Assembly: GCF_006345805.1 (NCBI RefSeq)
Contig: NC_043014.1
Coordinates: 36,642,001-36,706,000 of the forward strand
Length of the DNA stretch: 64,000 bases
Reading direction: 5' to 3'
Source of the DNA: Octopus sinensis
Taxonomy: Eukaryota
Part shown: positions 1 to 31,600 of the stretch, one piece after another
Layout: each line of letters starts with the position of its first letter
How positions within the stretch are numbered: the first letter of the stretch is position 1
The notes under the pieces: generated by a model
Told to the model about the DNA's origin: nothing
Seen by the model: only the letters and a program-made list of their open reading frames with translations
Database searches by the model: none
Translations under genes and position numbers: made by a program

Positions 1-788
1 GCATACATATATATATATATATATATTGTAAATATCGGATAAAATCTTTATAAGAACTTATCAAGTAGTTAGCGTGAAAGACCTCATAAGGGAAAAATTT
101 ATTTATTATTCCCTATAAATATATTTATTTATACTAAGGGCATTACTATACATAAATGCCTCACGCTACGAGCGAATCTTAAAGTCAATACTACCATAAT
201 ATCCACATTGTACCGAACGTGAGGAAATGCAACTCTCGAACCGAGCCTCCTAAAATAGATTTAGCTGCATATCATATGATTTCCTAATTAGTGCACAAAA
301 TGCACTATTTACTCGTCAGTACAAGCATAGTCAAGACATAAAAATAAACATACCAAACTAGTTGATTTTTGTTTATTTTTCTAGTCTCTTATAATATTTC
401 GAAATATGAAAATTCTTTCTTCAGATATTGCTGAGAATTGATCGAGTCACGGCTATAACCGGTTTTCCTACGGTTACTGAAATTTTGTTTTCGGAAGTGT
501 CTCTGCAGTGGTCTCAGGAAGCTCGTTTCGGAATTCATTATGAAAATTGCGTGAGGTGGCCATGTTTACAGCTCATGTGCGTTAGCATATCCGCAACACT
601 GCTTCTAAGTTATGCATTATACGTCCATTTTTTTTATATAATACATGAGCATGTTAAAAGAAATGGATATACACGCATCCACATGTAGCTAAATAATATA
701 TTGTTTGCATGGGTTGGGTGTACAAGCAATTTAGGGAATCGGCACAGTGGGCTACAATACATTGAATGTGTGTGTGTGTGTGTGTGTG

Positions 789-834
<46 letters not shown>

Positions 835-1479
835 AGAAGAAAATGCGGATCTTTTCACTTTGACCGGCAAATTTTAAAAATAATTTTTGTAACTAGTCAC
901 TTTTAAACTTCGTATGCTGGTAGAACATCGTTTTCTCTTGGCTTTCTTGCGAAAATTCTGTAGTTTGTAAGCTATTTGTTGTTAAAATTCTTGCATTTCG
1001 GCAATTTCAACAAATCAATGACGTCTATTTCACCGTTGCCATGTTGATAGCCAAAACAAGAAATAACGTTGCTAAGATTCTCGTTTGGTTTATGGTAAGG
1101 TGCATATAATCTTACTTTTCAGCCTGGTACATGTAGAAAAGGAGCAGGTCTGTAATCCGTTTCTATTGTGACTGATGAGCCAAACTTTACGAAGAATTTA
1201 AACGACATTTTCCTATAACTTTCTAGTTCTGCTAAACCATGCATATCAATGTAAAAGAGAGTGTCATCCCTATATATGCCTTCCCTAATTTAGTTGGAAA
1301 AAGATAGAGACTATTTACCTATAGGTGAAACTTTGTTTTATTATATCTACTTAGATGCATATGCTTGGACACGTATGTACAAATATATATTGCACACATA
1401 CAATCAGACATATTCTTATAATGTTTTCAGCATCAGAAAACAACGAACGGTAACTGAAGAAAGCACTCAGTGTGTAGTG

Positions 1480-1553
1480 TAGAGTCAAATATTTATATCC
1501 GGGGAAAACGTGAGTTGGCTGTTACTTGAAAGATTCGCTGAATCAGCAGTAAG
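1480..1553 (-). other. Diverged homolog of the short terminal exon seen in genes B, C and D (possible 3' end of gene A)
   Basis: 1400-1590 aligns by eye to 25850-26040 (taactg..gaa.aaag.actcagt...aaatatttat...cagcagt..ctg.aaaa). tttctttttcag acceptor at 1554. Confidence 0.35.
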
Positions 1554-1593
1554 CTGAAAAAGAAAGGAAGTTTTGTTAATTGAGAAAGAAACG

Positions 1594-1624
<31 letters not shown>

Positions 1625-2699
1625 TGTATGTATGTATGTATGTATGTATGTATGTATGTATATATGTATATATGTATGTATGTATGTATGCGTTGCTTAC
1701 CCATGCTTTTTAACTGAACTGAATTAAGCTTTGTAAGTGTTTGAGTAAAAGAGGATCAGAAGCGTAAGTAAATGACAGCTAAAAGTAGACCTGATCGGTG
1801 TCTACGACAGACGCATTTGAGTAAAGTTTGTATTTGACTAAATAAATAATTATTCAAATAATAATCATGATTATGATAAAGAAAGTGAACAAAATATTGC
1901 ATAGGATAGCATAGAAAATATTGCATAGAATTTGAGAAATATCTTCAACGTCTTTCAATTCTGGCAGGCACATCAAACGTTCGTTGTAAGATATAAATAA
2001 TATGACCACTTGCTTATCGGGAAATTTGTAAGTTCGATTTTTAAAGGAAATTTTCATTATTTTTTTTTAAGTATCATCATTACTTCGGTGAAATTAAGAA
2101 ATTAACTCATAAATAGATGAAACCATGGAATCCATCACTTACAGAGAGAGAGAGAGTCTCATATATATGTATATATTTATGTATTATGTATGTGCCCACA
2201 CGTGTCATACATACACAGACGACGGCTGAGGGTAAATATAATACTAACCGGGTGGTTTCTGTTACTTTTTAGTTTTCTTTTTTGCAAGATCCTTAATGAA
2301 GATTGACCATAAAAAGCAGGATTGCGGCAAATGTTAGAATTTTAGTAATATTCGCACCATTCAATTTAACTGTAATAGAGAGAAAAAGATATGATATTCT
2401 TTCCTAAATTTGGTATAATATCAGAAATTTCAGAGGAGGGGTAAAATCGATTAGGTCGATTCCAGTACTTGACGATCCCGAAAGAATGGATAGCAAATTC
2501 AATTACTGTGGAATTTGAAATCAGAAAGTAAAGCACATAAAATGCCTCCAAGCATTTTTTCCGGCGTCCAATGATTCTGCCAGCTCGCCGCCCCAGAAAA
2601 AAAAAAAATATTGGGGATTTACATAAACACGCGTAAACAATGATAAGAAAATCGGAACAAAATTCCACATTAAAAGGAAAATGCGATCCAGGAGTAACT

Positions 2700-3400
2700 A
2701 AAAATCCCCAAAGATCCCGAGTCACCCTGTTCACCAAAGTCATTCTTTTGCATTGCTAGGTAAGGGACTTCTATAAATTATTCACAGAACCCAACTTCGG
2801 AAAAGATGAGCCAGCTGGTCTTCATCGGCATCCAGAATTTACTTGAGGTCGTTGTCGTTTTTACTGACCACTAATTTTCAATAGAATGTCTTGCTGTAAC
2901 ATACACAGACCGCATTATCCGGCTGACAGAGAGCTGTGTCTGATGACAAAATAGGTGACTGGCGCCCTGCCTCGGCCTATGCTTGATCCCAGACTGAAGC
3001 TTTGTCAAAGAGACGAGCTTTGGAAAAGCACGTCTAGCAAACGGTGATCGTATTTACTCACTGTGAAGCAAATGCTGGAGATGTCGTATGCTCAGCGTGT
3101 ATCTGTGCGTAGTTAGTCACTGCATGCGGCGCTCTTCACCATCTGAAAAGCGGAACACGTTCCCTCCACAGAAAACGGAAGAACAAACATTTTATTGTCA
3201 GCCATGAAGAGAAGCAAGGCATGGCAGTGAAGAGAAAGTACTGTACATGACGTCACCTCTTCCCCGTTCTTGTCTGTCTAAAGGCCTGGACTCAACCAAC
3301 CCCTGAGCAATTTGGCCGGCCTATCTATCCAGCTCCTCAAGAAACTGACGGAAGGCATTGGCCAACAAATCCAATTACCGAGCTGCAAGTTCAATGCGTT
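2700..3400 (-). mobile_element. Degraded L1/Tx1-like 3' fragment
   Basis: Reverse strand gatgccgatgaagaccagctggctcatcttttcc resembles the GFDDNQLASLFQ region of the 32-35 kb element. Confidence 0.4.
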
Positions 3401-3615
3401 CTGTTGGTTAGTTTTTGCTGTTCTAAACATCTGGACATTTCACGACTTTTTAATTAATCCATTACCAAATTAACTAATCGTTTGATCAATCATTCTATTT
3501 CAGGATTGTCAGAGTCGTTTCATCACTGCAATGGGGGCGCACAGTTTAGGAAAATTATAATAAAAAGGGTAGTTCCTGAAATTTTAATTGCAGATGTCAG
3601 AAAAACAGCTCTCTA

Positions 3616-3828
3616 GGGTGGCGAGCTGGCAGAAACATTAACACGCCGGATGAAATGCTTAGCTGTATTTTGTCTCTCTTTACGTTCTTAGTTCAAATTC
3701 CGCCGAAGTCGACTTTTCCTTTCATCCTCTTGGAGTCGATAAATTAAGAACCAGTTGCGTACTGGAGTCGATCTGATCGACCGCTGTCCTCCCCCAAAAT
3801 TTTGGGCCTTGTGTCTAAAGTAGAAAAA
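3616..3828 (+). mobile_element. Older copy of the same SINE family (further degraded copies at 2445-2593 on minus and 35757-35955 on plus)
   Basis: Shared head gcgagctggcagaa and core gtcgact...tttcatcct...gtcgataa. Confidence 0.7.
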
Positions 3829-4122
3829 TTACCAGTTCTCATTTGTTGCGTACCTTTAAAATCTGCATTTGTAGGCGAACATGAACACACATTCCGATGA
3901 ACTGATGAGTTAACTTACTTCATTTGCATCATTTAGTGAATAATCAGTTATAGTGTATAATGCGCAATCATATTGATGTAAACATACGTGTATAATTTTG
4001 CATTCTGTAATTAATAATGACATTTGATATAATGATACGAAACGGCTGTAATCATATGAAAGACATATAAAAAATTTTTTTTTATTTCTCTCACACCTCC
4101 TGATTTTACGTTTTATACATCT

Positions 4123-4870
4123 ACTAGCAGTATAGCCCGGCGTTGCCAGGGATTAAGTTAGGATTATTAAGCTAATCAACGGCTTTGTTTCAAACCAAAC
4201 TAAGTAACACCGACGTCAAATTTGAGTGAAATACATTTGAAATTGGTAAAGGTTACGCTGAAAATGGGTTGCAGACAATTTGATTGGGAAATCCCATAAA
4301 GCATCGGTTTATTAATTTTTCCACTCCTCGACTGTTTTTATTTTTCTTTTGAGCACTTAAAACATTCAAAGATCCCATGAGTCCTAAGTAACGCGGTTTG
4401 AATGAAATACGTCAAAATTGGTAAAACTTATGGTTGAAAATGTGATGTAGCCAATTTTAGTGGAAATCCTACAAGGAATCGGTTTATCGATATTTCATCC
4501 TGATTGAATGGAAAACCCCATAAGGAATCAGTTTATTGATTTTTCACCTAAATAGGACTTAACCGAACAAAACATTGCTGATTCAAAAAATCTATATTTA
4601 TACTACAAAGTTGGTTTTCACACCCAACCCAGTTCTGCAGAATCAGTGTCGCGATGGGAAGGCATGGTCGGGTGTTTGACCGGCAGAGGCGGTCAGGTTG
4701 CAAATGCTAGCCCTTTCGAAACCCCATCATCATCTAACCCTCCTTGGCCCATGGGATGGGAACCCTTCCGGCAAGGAAAATAGAACTTCCGAAAGGGCTA
4801 CCGATCCTCTGTGTCAGAAGAGGTTATGTTCGGATCACAACTAAGCCTTAACCTAAGCCTAAGCTAACCT
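4123..4870 (-). mobile_element. Helitron-type repeat (second copy at 49235-49915)
   Basis: 3' end ccctggcaacgccgggctatactgctagt on minus. About 700 bp is collinear between the two loci. Confidence 0.6.
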
Positions 4871-6119
4871 ACCGAAAGGAGGTTCGAGAGCCTCTAGAAA
4901 GCAGTGACTAATTCCGATCTAGTCCTAACCCCTCCAAGGGGTACTATTGGTCAAGGCAGCATATTTTGGAATTATTATTTCCCTTTCCATATGATTCCGT
5001 TGTGAGAGGTTGATTATTTTAGGGTAAGTCGGTTCAGTATTTTCTTGACTCTTTGTATCGGTGACCATAAACAGGATACGCTACAAACATGGAAACCATT
5101 CCTTGTTATAACTTGCTGAATGTTGCAGAGACTTTGATCAACTATCATGGAGTCCGTGAAACTTGTCACTCAGCTGGAAGACTAGAGTCGAAGAGAGGGT
5201 TGATTCAATGATTACAGTGGATAAATGTGAGGGATGTGTTGAAGAGCTGTGTGGTAAGAGAGAATGATATAGGTCAAGGAATTAAACCTAGGAGAAGTTC
5301 AGATGACTTTATCCGTTAGCCGGATTATGATAATACCAAAAGTGTACGTAAAAACCCACATTCGGACGCTCTTAAACAGAAACACATTGATGTCTAAAAC
5401 ATCTGCGTCAGAATAATAAGGGAGTTGTATATTGGGTAATGGAGTGGATATATTATTATCATTAATATAATACTAAATTACAGAATTTCATTGTAGTTAC
5501 ATTACTAACTGGTTCAATACCTCTGGTATAAATCTATCATGTAACTATAATATAATATTATATAAATAATAATTTTGTGTGGATGTGCTTATATGCGTTA
5601 TATAAAGTGGTATATCTTATCTAAGTTTGGTTTTGTCCATTAGTGGCCCAGACCATGTGAAATTTAACAATATTGCTTGGTGTAGTCTTGTAAGTCAAAC
5701 TTTAAGAGGGAAAACAACTGTTATTTGCTGAGAAGTATCCGGATGTCGGTGGTTTGTTTAGTGTTCTCGGAGGAATTTGTTCATTTTCTGTTTGAATGCT
5801 ACGAAGTCGTATTTTTTTTTTATTTGTTTCGGAATTTTTAGACAACAATGCAGGAAAACTTCAGTAAAAGAAAAAGTAATTGTAATGCAATTCGTAATGT
5901 TGTCATGTGATATGAACTTGACCTTTGTCGCAAATATATTTGGCTCGGGTCCAAGACATGGGTAAATGTCGTCTAATAGAGTCCAATGCATTTTAAGTGA
6001 ATTTGGTCGACGGAAGATGTGTTGAAGTCTTTCGTGTGTATACATATGAGGGAGGTGACTGTGTGGGGGAGAAAGAGAGCGCGTATGTATGCATATGTCT
6101 TATCGTTCGTTCCCCACAA

Positions 6120-23461
<17,342 letters not shown>

Positions 23462-23685
23462 CTCTGATCTTAACAGGTAGGTATTAGGCAGAAAGGGAAA
23501 TGATCTTCGGCTCCCAGCAACACAAAATAACGAAAAGATGTGTCTGACTCGAAAAGTGAAGTCGAAATAGTCAAACAACAAACCCAGAGACAAAAGCACA
23601 ATATATGTAAGTGTGAATGAGAGAAGGAGTGCAATTCGAAGTGTGAGTGAAGCTGAGATTGTTCCATTTTCTGTTTCATTCTCCT

Positions 23686-23728
<43 letters not shown>

Positions 23729-24097
23729 CTCTCTCTCTCTCCCTCCCTCGTTCTCCCTTACTTCCTCTCTTTCTGCTTCGAGAAGTAGACAGGTAGAATA
23801 TATATAAAAAAAAGCAATTTAAAAGAAACTAAGAACGAGATACTCACGCGCTCCTACTCACACTTTCACGCAACACGCGCACGTGCACACATACACACAA
23901 ACACAAACACACACACGCACACACACCACAGAGCAGAATGAGAGGATAAGTAAAGTGATTAGGAAAGAGACGGCGACTAAGAATACGTGAGAGGGAAGAG
24001 AGGGAAAAATAATGAATTGAACGTGAGAAAATCGACAAAGAAGTGATAGGATGAAAGAATATAACAAACACCAAGAGGAAAAGAGAGAGCGAATGAC

Positions 24098-24134
<37 letters not shown>

Positions 24135-24827
24135 GAGATAAAGAGATTGCGGACGAAATTTTCTGACACATGTCTTCTTCCATCCAAAATTACAAGGTAC
24201 GTCGGCCTACTCCACGACTTCTTTCCAGCTTTGCTCTTTCATGACGTTCAATAAGTGTATCGTACTCTTCCTTCGTCTGTTTTTATGTCTGTTTTTGCAC
24301 ACACCGTGTATGCGATCTGTTGTGACAAAACGACCGTCCGAGGCCAGATCATTGCCCCTGATGCGGGCAGTTTCGGACGTACCGGGCGGGAAACCTTCAC
24401 CATGATCGGCTATAGCTTCATTCTCGCCGTTAATTCTTTCCTTGTGTTGCAACATGATTTCATGAGTCATTCGTGGGGTTTCCAAGTGAGTTGTTATTGA
24501 GATGCCCTCCCTCTCCTCCTCTCTTCATCTGTATATACATGTGCACATGTATGTATATACACACACAATATATATATATATATAACGTGCTTGCAGTGTG
24601 TCGCCTCCCTAACCTCAGTGATTATCATTACCACCATCGTTCTACCTTTAATATTTGAAATTCACGTGATCACGTGAAGTCGAAATAGTCAAACAACAAA
24701 CCCAGAGACAAAAGCACAATATATGTAAGTGTGAATGAGAGAAGGAGTGCAATTCGAAGTGTGAGTGAAGCTGAGATTGTTCCATTTTCTGTTTCATTCC
24801 CCTTCTGTCTCTCTCTCTCTTTCTTTA

Positions 24828-24862
<35 letters not shown>

Positions 24863-25057
24863 TCCACCCTCCCTCGTTCTCCCTTACTTCCTCTCTTTCT
24901 GCTTTGAGAAGTAGACAGGTAGACAGGTAGAATATATATATATATAAAAAGCAATTTAAAAGAAACTAAGAACGAGATACTCACGCGCTCCTACTCACAC
25001 TTTCACGCAACACGCGCACATGCACACATACACACACACTCACACACACACATACAC

Positions 25058-25342
25058 ACAGACCATCAGATGTTGTTACACATCGCTGGTCACAATGCGT
25101 TCGCATTGTTTTAGCCTTCGAATGACGCCACCCCGCTGGCTAAGCGAGCAGGCCAACAGAAGAAAGAGTGGGAGAAAGAGTGGCGAAAGAGTACAGCAGG
25201 GATCACCACTCCCTGCCGGAGCGTCGTGGAGCTTTTAGGTGTTTTCGCTCAATAAACACTCACAACGCCCGGTCTGGGAATCGAAACCGCGATCCTGCGA
25301 CCGCGAGTCCGCTGCCCTAACCACTAGGCCATTGCGCCTCCA
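25058..25342 (-). mobile_element. Second tRNA-derived SINE family (OR1-like); a copy with a deleted head lies at 18889-19145 on plus
   Basis: Head ggcgcaatggcctagtggttagggcagcggactc...ggtttcgattccc has A- and B-box-like motifs. Body is nearly identical between the two copies. Tail ggtcggtcacgtga. Confidence 0.75.
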
Positions 25343-25934
25343 CTTTTATTGAAATTATCAATAATAATATGGGTCCCGGTATATTGCAACAGATCTTCAT
25401 CACTATTTATCAAATACTCGGCAAGCATTCTACTTTCATTCCTTATACAATGGTCTATACTAATAAGTTGAATAACGAAATAGTTTTCTCCCAACCAATC
25501 ACGTCAGATCCTAAAGATATTTTTGTAGATTTTCAAAATGTTCAACATGTTGTGAGGCGGAGGTGGCGTGCCATAGTTTCAGTGTTATAACTATGCAGTA
25601 TTCCTTAATTAAGATTATTCAATAGACTGAAACTAGAGATCACCTACATATCACATTTTGACGGGAATTGCCGAAAGCAATGTAGTTCGTTAATTATTTG
25701 ATAAACTAATTGAGTAATTATGCGTGCGAACCAATATATAGTGATGAAATCGCTCAAGAAGTCATTCCAAAAGGAGCCTTGAATCTAGGTTAGAAACTGG
25801 CTCTTTTTCTATTTTCAATAAATCTTGAAATAAAACCGAACAATGACATACATAGAATCATGTGTTCTTAATACTGAAAAAACAACAACCAATAACTGTT
25901 GAACAAAGAACTCAGTTCACTATATAAAGGAAAT

Positions 25935-26000
25935 ATTTATTTATTACAGAAAAAGTTGACTGTTACGAATATGCGCAAAAGATGTTCATCAAACAGCAGT
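25935..26000 (-). other. Gene B short terminal exon with poly(A) signal
   Basis: ttctttatttttacag acceptor; phase-1 frame xCCLMNIFCAYS*; minus-strand AATAAATAAA at about 25936-25945. Homologs at 46340-46407 and 58845-58916. Confidence 0.55.
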
Positions 26001-28159
26001 CTGTAAAAATAAAGAATTATCGACATATAGAGAAACTATACTTGAGTTAAAAAGATAGCATATACAAATGAATAAGTTTAGAAGTTCACACACAGACATA
26101 TACTGTATATACATGTATATGTATATACATTTATGCAGGGACATACAGATAGGCAGACAGATAAATAGCTAGTATGCATATAATATATATATATATATAT
26201 AGTTGAAATTAATAGAAAAACAAAAGACAAGACATGTGTATGAACAACAAGCAGGTGTATTAGTTTGACGCTCGGGAAAATAAAAAAAGACTTTTACGTT
26301 TCGAACCTATGCTCTTCACTAAAAAGGAATAAGAGAAAATAAAAAGAGAGAGAATGAAAGAAAATGTATTTATGGAACAAAGGCAGGAACTCAACACATT
26401 TATTGGGAGTTACATGTCTGGATCAAAACAGTGTGTTTCAAATTCCTTGGTACTCCGAGTTTCAAAATGTGAAGCTAATCCTTAGCCATCGGAAATTTGA
26501 ATTAGAGAACAGTTGGAAAAAGTCGATCACTGTTACTGAAAGGTACGCTGCGAATAATCCAGAAAGGTCACGCGGTGTCACGGTTTGATGTTAGTATTTC
26601 AGCGACAACAATTATCTGGAAAATACTGCATGGTGATCAGGAAATACATACTTACATATCTACATGTATGTATGTATGCATGTACTTAAGTCTGTAGTTT
26701 TGTATGTATATTTCAAAATGTGTGTATAAATATATTTAGGAGTGCTACGTTTCTGTTTAAAGCTCTACATATCTCTCTATATATAAACGGCAGTTTGTCT
26801 GTGCGTGTTTCTGTGTGTCTGTTTGCTTGTACCCTCACCCTGACCACGGCTTTCAACCGATTCTGATGAAACTTGACACACACATAGCCCAATGTCATAA
26901 TTCAAAACTAACGCAGCGAAAATTTTGAAAAGTTCCCCCAGTTCTGAAAAAAATCGATAAATTCGACATGGGGTCGAGAATTAGAAACACAAACCACAAA
27001 CTGTCTAGGGGACGCAACTCCACCTTTTTTAAATCTCAAAAAAGAATTTACCATCATTTTTTTCCATTTTTTTGCTATTTTTTGGCTATAACTCTCTAAA
27101 AATGCTTTATAGTTATTTCCCTTACAAACCTGAGCAACGCCGGGCGATACTGCTAGTGTTAACATAATCCAACCTGCTTCCTGTACAGTTAAGTGGCTTC
27201 TTGCTAATTATCAGGGAAAATGTAGGCGATAAAGATGAGCCCGTAAATGACGTACCAAGGGTAATTATATACTGAATCAGAAAGAGGTCATCAGGGAACA
27301 TATTATTTCGGCTTTTTACAGATAACTATGTCCATCGTTTGATAAATGGCAAGGCATTTTATAAGTATTTCGAGAGGGAAATAGAAGGAAAGTAATAGGA
27401 CGAAAAGAAAGTATAAACTATTCTCTTCTTTCTTTCTTTCTTTTTTCTTTCTTTCTTCTTCTTCCTTCTTCCTAATTTCCATTTTACTATTTTCGTTGCA
27501 ATTTCCTTTCTTTTCCTTTCTTTTCTTATTCTCTAGTTGTTCTCTCTCTCTCTCACTCTCTCTCTCACTTACTCTCTCTTACTCTCTCACTCTCTTACTC
27601 GCACTTTCTGACTTTCTTTCACTCTCCCACTCCCTTTCTTTCTTTCTCTCTCTCTTTCTCTTATTCTAATTCTGTCACTTTCTCTTGCACCTTGTTATAA
27701 TTTTTAGCTTTAATCCCTTCAATCCTCTCTCCCTCACATAAACACATTTGCTTCATTCAGATAGCATTGATAAAGACATATCACTTCAAACCTATAACAA
27801 CTATGGAGACAAGAGTCATACAATCTCTGCCTCTTCTGTCGATCATTCACACCGTATAGAATCCATCATTATCCTCCAATGTGATTATTTTAATCCCACA
27901 GATAAATCATATCATATACAACAGCTTGACAGTTTTTGTAATATTTTTTTCGGATATATTTTTATATGTTACTCTTTTACTTGTTTCAGTCATTTGACTG
28001 CGGCCATGCTGGAGCACCACCTTTAGTCGAGCAAATCGACCCCGGGACTTATTCTTTGTAAGCCCAGTACTTATTCTATCGGTCTCTTTTTGCCGAACTG
28101 CTAAGTGACAGGGACGTAAACATACCAGCATCGGTTGTCAAGCAATGCTAGGGGGACAA

Positions 28160-28192
<33 letters not shown>

Positions 28193-28631
28193 CATATATA
28201 CGACAGGCTTCTTTCAGTTTCCGTCTCCCAAATCCACTCACAAGGCATTGGTCGGCCCGGGGCTATAGCAGAAGACACTTGCCCAAGATGCCACGCAGTG
28301 GGACTGAACCCGAAACCATGTGGTTGGTTAGCAAGCTACTTACCACACAGCCACTCCTGCGCCTGTTGCTAATATTTATTTATTGTTTTCCTGCTATTTT
28401 CTTATGTTTTATTACATTTTCCTATTCTTTTATTTGTTTCAGTCATTTGACTGCGGCCATGCTGGAGCACCGCCTGTAGCCGAACAAATCGACCCTAGGA
28501 CTTATTCTTTGTAAGCCTAGTACTTATCCTATCGTTCTCTTTTGCCGAACCGCCACGTTACGTGGTCAAAGGTTGTCAAACGATGGTGGGGGAGAAACAC
28601 AGATACACAAATACACACACACGCGCACACA

Positions 28632-28693
<62 letters not shown>

Positions 28694-31600
28694 CGACGGG
28701 CTTCTATCAGTTTCCGTCTACCAAATCCACTTACAAGGCTTTGCTCGGACCGAGGCTATAGTAGGAGGCACTTGCCTAAGGTGCCACGCATTGGGACTGA
28801 ACCGCAAACCATGTGGCTGGTAAACAAGCTACATACCACCCAGCCATGCCTGCGCCTATTTTATAGTAATGTTATATTTCATAGCATAATTAATATTTTG
28901 ATTGTAATTTTCATTTTATTATTTATATTTGTACATAAGTTCATACTGGTGACATATCATTTTTGGGCATTACACGTTTTTTCTGATATATATGAAATTA
29001 CTTATAATAGCTTGATTTTATATCTACTTTGGGACTTTTATGCTTTCGGATGGTCAAGTCTACATCATTGGACGCAAATAGAAGTTGCTTGTGTTATTTC
29101 AAAGTTTTCTTTCCCCAGAGAGAGGACTATGCAAAGACTAGGGAATCTCTGACAGATTTCGTTATTTTTTCTGCAGGACAACCAACAGAAATCACCCTCC
29201 TTACAAAACAGACTTAATAACGTTACATATTTAGTTGCCGATAGATATTTCATACGATGGGTTATATATTACCAGCAGTACTAGATTTACCTGACACGCT
29301 ATACGTACATACATACAAATTGCTTTGACTTTCACTTGGAGAATATTGCTGACACAGAGAGGGAAGTCTTGCTAGCATAAGCAAAGCAATTTTCGCTCTC
29401 TTATTTCTGTCATCTACTTTCATCCTCATAAAAAAATAAGGTTTGGATGCTATGGAATGAGATGTAAAAAAGAGAAAAATTATTTACCTAATTTCTTTGT
29501 CTGTGTCATTCCATTTTCTTTGGCTTCCTTCTATATAAAGATGGAACATTTAAGACATTAATTTAGCTTTCAATTTGAAACACTGGACTGTTAAAGCAGA
29601 TGTATTGTTTTATAATTCGGATCAAAGTGGAATGTGTAGTATGTGTACAAGTAGAATTACTTTCAATAACTTTAAAGCAAAAATTGCAAAAGAGACACTA
29701 CAATGTGTTCTTGAACAAAGCTGTGTATAAACTATATACTGCATAGTTACTTGCAAAAGAGCGGCATCAATATATCTACTTAATGATTTGCGTGTCGTCC
29801 ACGTAAAGGGAGATAACTTCAATGAATACTCTACTATAACGTGGTGTTGAAATGACGTATTTACGTGGTAACCTCATGTACTGGGATGTGAAGGAGTTGA
29901 AATGGTATTGATAGTGGTCATGGTAGTGATGGTGATGGTATGCATGAATGGATTAAGGCGGCGAGCTGGCAGAATCGTTAGGACGGTGGACGAAATGCTT
30001 AGCGGTATTTCGTCTGCCGTTACGTTGTGAGTTCAAATCCCGCCGATGTCGACTTTGTCTTTCATCCTTTCGGGGTCGATAAATTAAGTACCAGTTACGC
30101 ACTGGGGTAGATGTAATCGACTTAATACCTATGTCTGTCCTTGTTTGTCCCCTCTATGTTTAGCCCCTTGTGGGTAATAAAGAAATAGGTATGCATGAAT
30201 GAATGTTGGTAGTAGGTCTGTAGAATGGTGGCAGCATAGAATGATGACGAGTGATGGAAGCAGTTTCTAGAAGTGAATTTCATTATGTGACAAAATGTTT
30301 ACTAGATTTTTTTTTTATATTTTGTTTATTCAGGGCAGTGTTATTTTCTTATTGCCTCTGCCTAAACATTTATAGGAGATAGCTATTTTCTTCAAAGTTT
30401 GCTTTTGTGTTCTCAATAATGATATTTCGAAATTTATCTATTTTCCAGAACACTCTAAGAAAATTATAGAAAATTTTCTCAAATTATCGAGAAATTTCAA
30501 GAACCTTTCAGAATCTTTTCGGATTTTCAAGAAATTTTCTATATTTTCTTAGAACTTACAAAAACGGAAATCGTAATGAAAATGTAAATATCTTAAGCTG
30601 ACAATTTCAATTTCGTTCCGTCTACCAAAGTTGTGTAGGCCTAGCTTTAATTAAAAGCAATGACGTCAAGCGGCTGCTATAACGCTGCAGGCACACTTTA
30701 TCTTTGGTTAATATAATCAAGTCAAAGTGAAAATCTGACTTAAGTTGGATAAAGGCGGCGAGCTGGCAGAAACGTTAGCACGCCGGACGAAATGCTTAGC
30801 GGTATTTCGTCTGTCTCTACGTTCTGAGATCAAATTCCGCCGAGGTCGACTTTGCCTTTCATCCTTTCGGGGTCAATTAAATAAGTACCAGTTTCGCACT
30901 GGGGTCGATATAATCGACTTAATCCGTGTCTGTCCTTGTTTGTCCCCTCTGTGTTTAGCCCCTTGTGGGTAGTAAAGAAATAAGTAATTCGTCTGCCGCT
31001 ACGTTCTGAGTTCAAATTCCGCCGAGGTCGACTTTACCTTTCATCCTTTAAGGGCCGATTAAATAAGTACCAGTTACGCACTGGGGTCGATATAATCGAC
31101 TTAATCCGTTTGTCTGCCCTTGTTTGTCCCGTTTGTGTGTAGCCCCTTGTGGGCAGTAAAGAAATAAAATTAAGTTGCATACGTTGGATATTATAGTCTT
31201 AGTTGTTCTATTCCTGAAAGAAAAAAGAACAGATGGGATTTTCACGGCTAGAATACCTTCAATCCTCTACCTGTTAGATCTGGGCTGAATTAAGGCTAAA
31301 TGACCACTGTTACAATAAAATACTAAGGTAACAATTAAAAAAATTAATTTACCTCCTAATATACATTACTTTGCTCACACGTGTATAAATTGCACCATAA
31401 GGTGTTTTACATGTGAGGTTTCTTGAATAGTTGTCACCGATATCCTCATAGAAAGGATAAATTGATGTTACCCTAGAATAACATTTCTTCGGAGCAGGAA
31501 CTTTTGGGTAATCATAGCGTGTTTTATTGTTTATTTTGGGGCCGGATAACGTCCATACGATCGTTAAATTTTTAGGACTGGGCTGGATGACAAATACCAT

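Noticed and set aside
1116-1149. 34-nt exon candidate, or signal exon of a fifth paralog
   Set aside because: AG and GT sites are present, but there is no in-frame ATG giving a signal peptide and no homolog in other units.
1698-1775. Possible penultimate exon of gene A
   Set aside because: Splice sites are plausible, but all frames stop and similarity to the B/D penultimate exon is not convincing.
25270-25342. tRNA gene
   Set aside because: The tRNA-like sequence is the head of a SINE and continues into the SINE body; the same applies to the other SINE heads.
28562-29152. 196-aa ORF and similar His-Thr, Tyr-Ile and Val-Cys ORFs across the window
   Set aside because: Produced by SINE bodies and dinucleotide repeats.
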